Of a stretch of 64,000 nucleotides of DNA, positions 62,962 through 64,000 are shown in pieces; the first letter of the stretch is position 1, and each line of letters starts with the position of its first letter. The notes under the pieces were generated by a model. It ran no database searches. It was not told where the DNA came from and saw nothing but the letters and a program-made list of their open reading frames with translations. The position numbers were made by a program, and so were the translations under genes. Origin of the DNA: Macrostomum hystrix (taxonomy: Eukaryota > Animalia > Platyhelminthes); contig CATNEN010000038.1 of NCBI GenBank assembly GCA_950097015.1, forward strand, positions 5,890,001 through 5,954,000. The letters are read 5' to 3'.

Positions 62962-64000
62962 ATGGCCACTGGCCTACTGTGTAGCATCGGTCCATTTGAG
63001 CCTGAAAATGAGGACTGGCTGCAGTACAAGGAAAGAGTGGAGCAAGTTTTCATTGCAAGCGACATAGAGTCCGAAGACAAAAAGCGAGCTGTCTTCCTCA
63101 GTGTCTGTGGCAAGGAGACATTCAAGCTGATTTGCAGCCTGCTGGCCCCGGAAAAGCCATCGGAGACGAGCTATGCAAACATTTGCCAAAAGCTAAAGGA
63201 GCACTGGAAGCTGGAGCCTTCTGAAATTGTGCAGCGTTTTCATTTCTATCAGCGCGTGAGGGCCAGCGCCGAGTCAGTGGCGGATTTCCTGGCCAGTTTG
63301 CGGCGTCTGGCCGCGGATTGCAAGTTCGGAAACAGCTTGCAGTCGATGCTCAGGGATCGGCTGGTGCTCGGCATCCAGGACGATCGGATCCAGCGCAGAC
63401 TGCTGTCGGAGCCGGGGCTGGATCTCGAGAAGGCGCTGAAGATTGCTCAAGCGGTGGAGCTGGCGGAAAAAGGCTGCACAGTCGTCAGGAGCTCACAGGA
63501 GGCGGCTGGCCCAGCGGCGGCTGCTTCAGTCGATCGAGTCGACCAGGCCAAGGCGACCGGATCCGGTCGAGCCCCACAGAAGTGCTTCCGGTGCTTGTCG
63601 ACTCGACATCTGGCGGACAGGTGCCCGTTCATCAAGAAGGGATGCTTCAAGTGCGGCAAGCTCGGGCACACCGCAGCTGCTTGCCGTAGAGGCGCCGGAG
63701 CTTCGGGTGCGGACTCCAAGCCCCGCGTGGGCGCCGTGCAAGAAGCAGAAGACCAGGACTGCAGCTCCCTTAACACCGTGCCCAGCGTTGCAGCAAAGGT
63801 GCCACCCTACTTGACCACGGTACGGATCAACGGCGTGTCCTGCCTGATGGAGATCGACACGGGCGCCGCGGTGTCGCTAATCTCAGCCAAAGTCTACCAG
63901 GATCTTCTCGGTGGTATCCCTAAGCTCGGTGGGACCACGATTCGGCTGCGGAACTACGGCGGCCAACCTGTCAACGTGCTGGGACAGTTGAGCGTCACTG
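62962..64000 (+). CDS. Ty3/Gypsy (Mag-like) gag-pol polyprotein, runs off the window
   Basis: Open frame MATGLLCSIGPFEPENEDWLQYKERVE...LRDRLVLGI, two CCHC knuckles (CFRCLSTRHLADRC, CFKCGKLGHTAAAC), aspartic protease EIDTGAAVS; absent from the ORF track because it has no stop in the window. Confidence 0.93.
   Translation, partial: MATGLLCSIGPFEPENEDWLQYKERVEQVFIASDIESEDKKRAVFLSVCGKETFKLICSLLAPEKPSETSYANICQKLKEHWKLEPSEIVQRFHFYQRVRASAESVADFLASLRRLAADCKFGNSLQSMLRDRLVLGIQDDRIQRRLLSEPGLDLEKALKIAQAVELAEKGCTVVRSSQEAAGPAAAASVDRVDQAKATGSGRAPQKCFRCLSTRHLADRCPFIKKGCFKCGKLGHTAAACRRGAGASGADSKPRVGAVQEAEDQDCSSLNTVPSVAAKVPPYLTTVRINGVSCLMEIDTGAAVSLISAKVYQDLLGGIPKLGGTTIRLRNYGGQPVNVLGQLSVT

Noticed and set aside
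63318-63814. ORF-track ORFs inside the Gypsy region, and similar antisense ORFs over the GPCR and Cbl genes
   Set aside because: Shadow frames of GC-rich coding sequence.

Overview
Eukaryotic (metazoan, invertebrate-like; a flatworm such as Macrostomum is a plausible but unproven guess) genomic window with spliceosomal introns and many repeats. Host genes: an intronless divergent Cbl-like E3 ligase (+); a disrupted ankyrin/TRP-like channel gene (-, 2 exons); a p24-alpha/TMED4/9-type cargo receptor (+, 3 exons located, first exon not); an intronless invertebrate D1-like dopamine receptor (-); a 3-exon 5-HT7-like serotonin receptor (-); and a 3-exon single-BIR IAP (BIR-UBA-like-polyQ-RING, -). 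Mobile and repetitive DNA: at least 7 copies of one tRNA-derived SINE family, a CORE-like SINE, LINE 3' fragments, a DD34D mariner with about 190-bp TIRs, a mariner relic, Crypton-like hairpin elements, a MITE, the 5' LTR/PBS/gag-protease of a Mag-type Ty3/Gypsy element, and seven tandem arrays including a 3-kb 23-bp satellite. The most notable structure is a SINE whose target-site duplication copies the IAP splice donor and which later acquired a two-template local insertion. The SINE body also carries an HDV-ribozyme-like motif. All calls are from reading the sequence; no searches were run.
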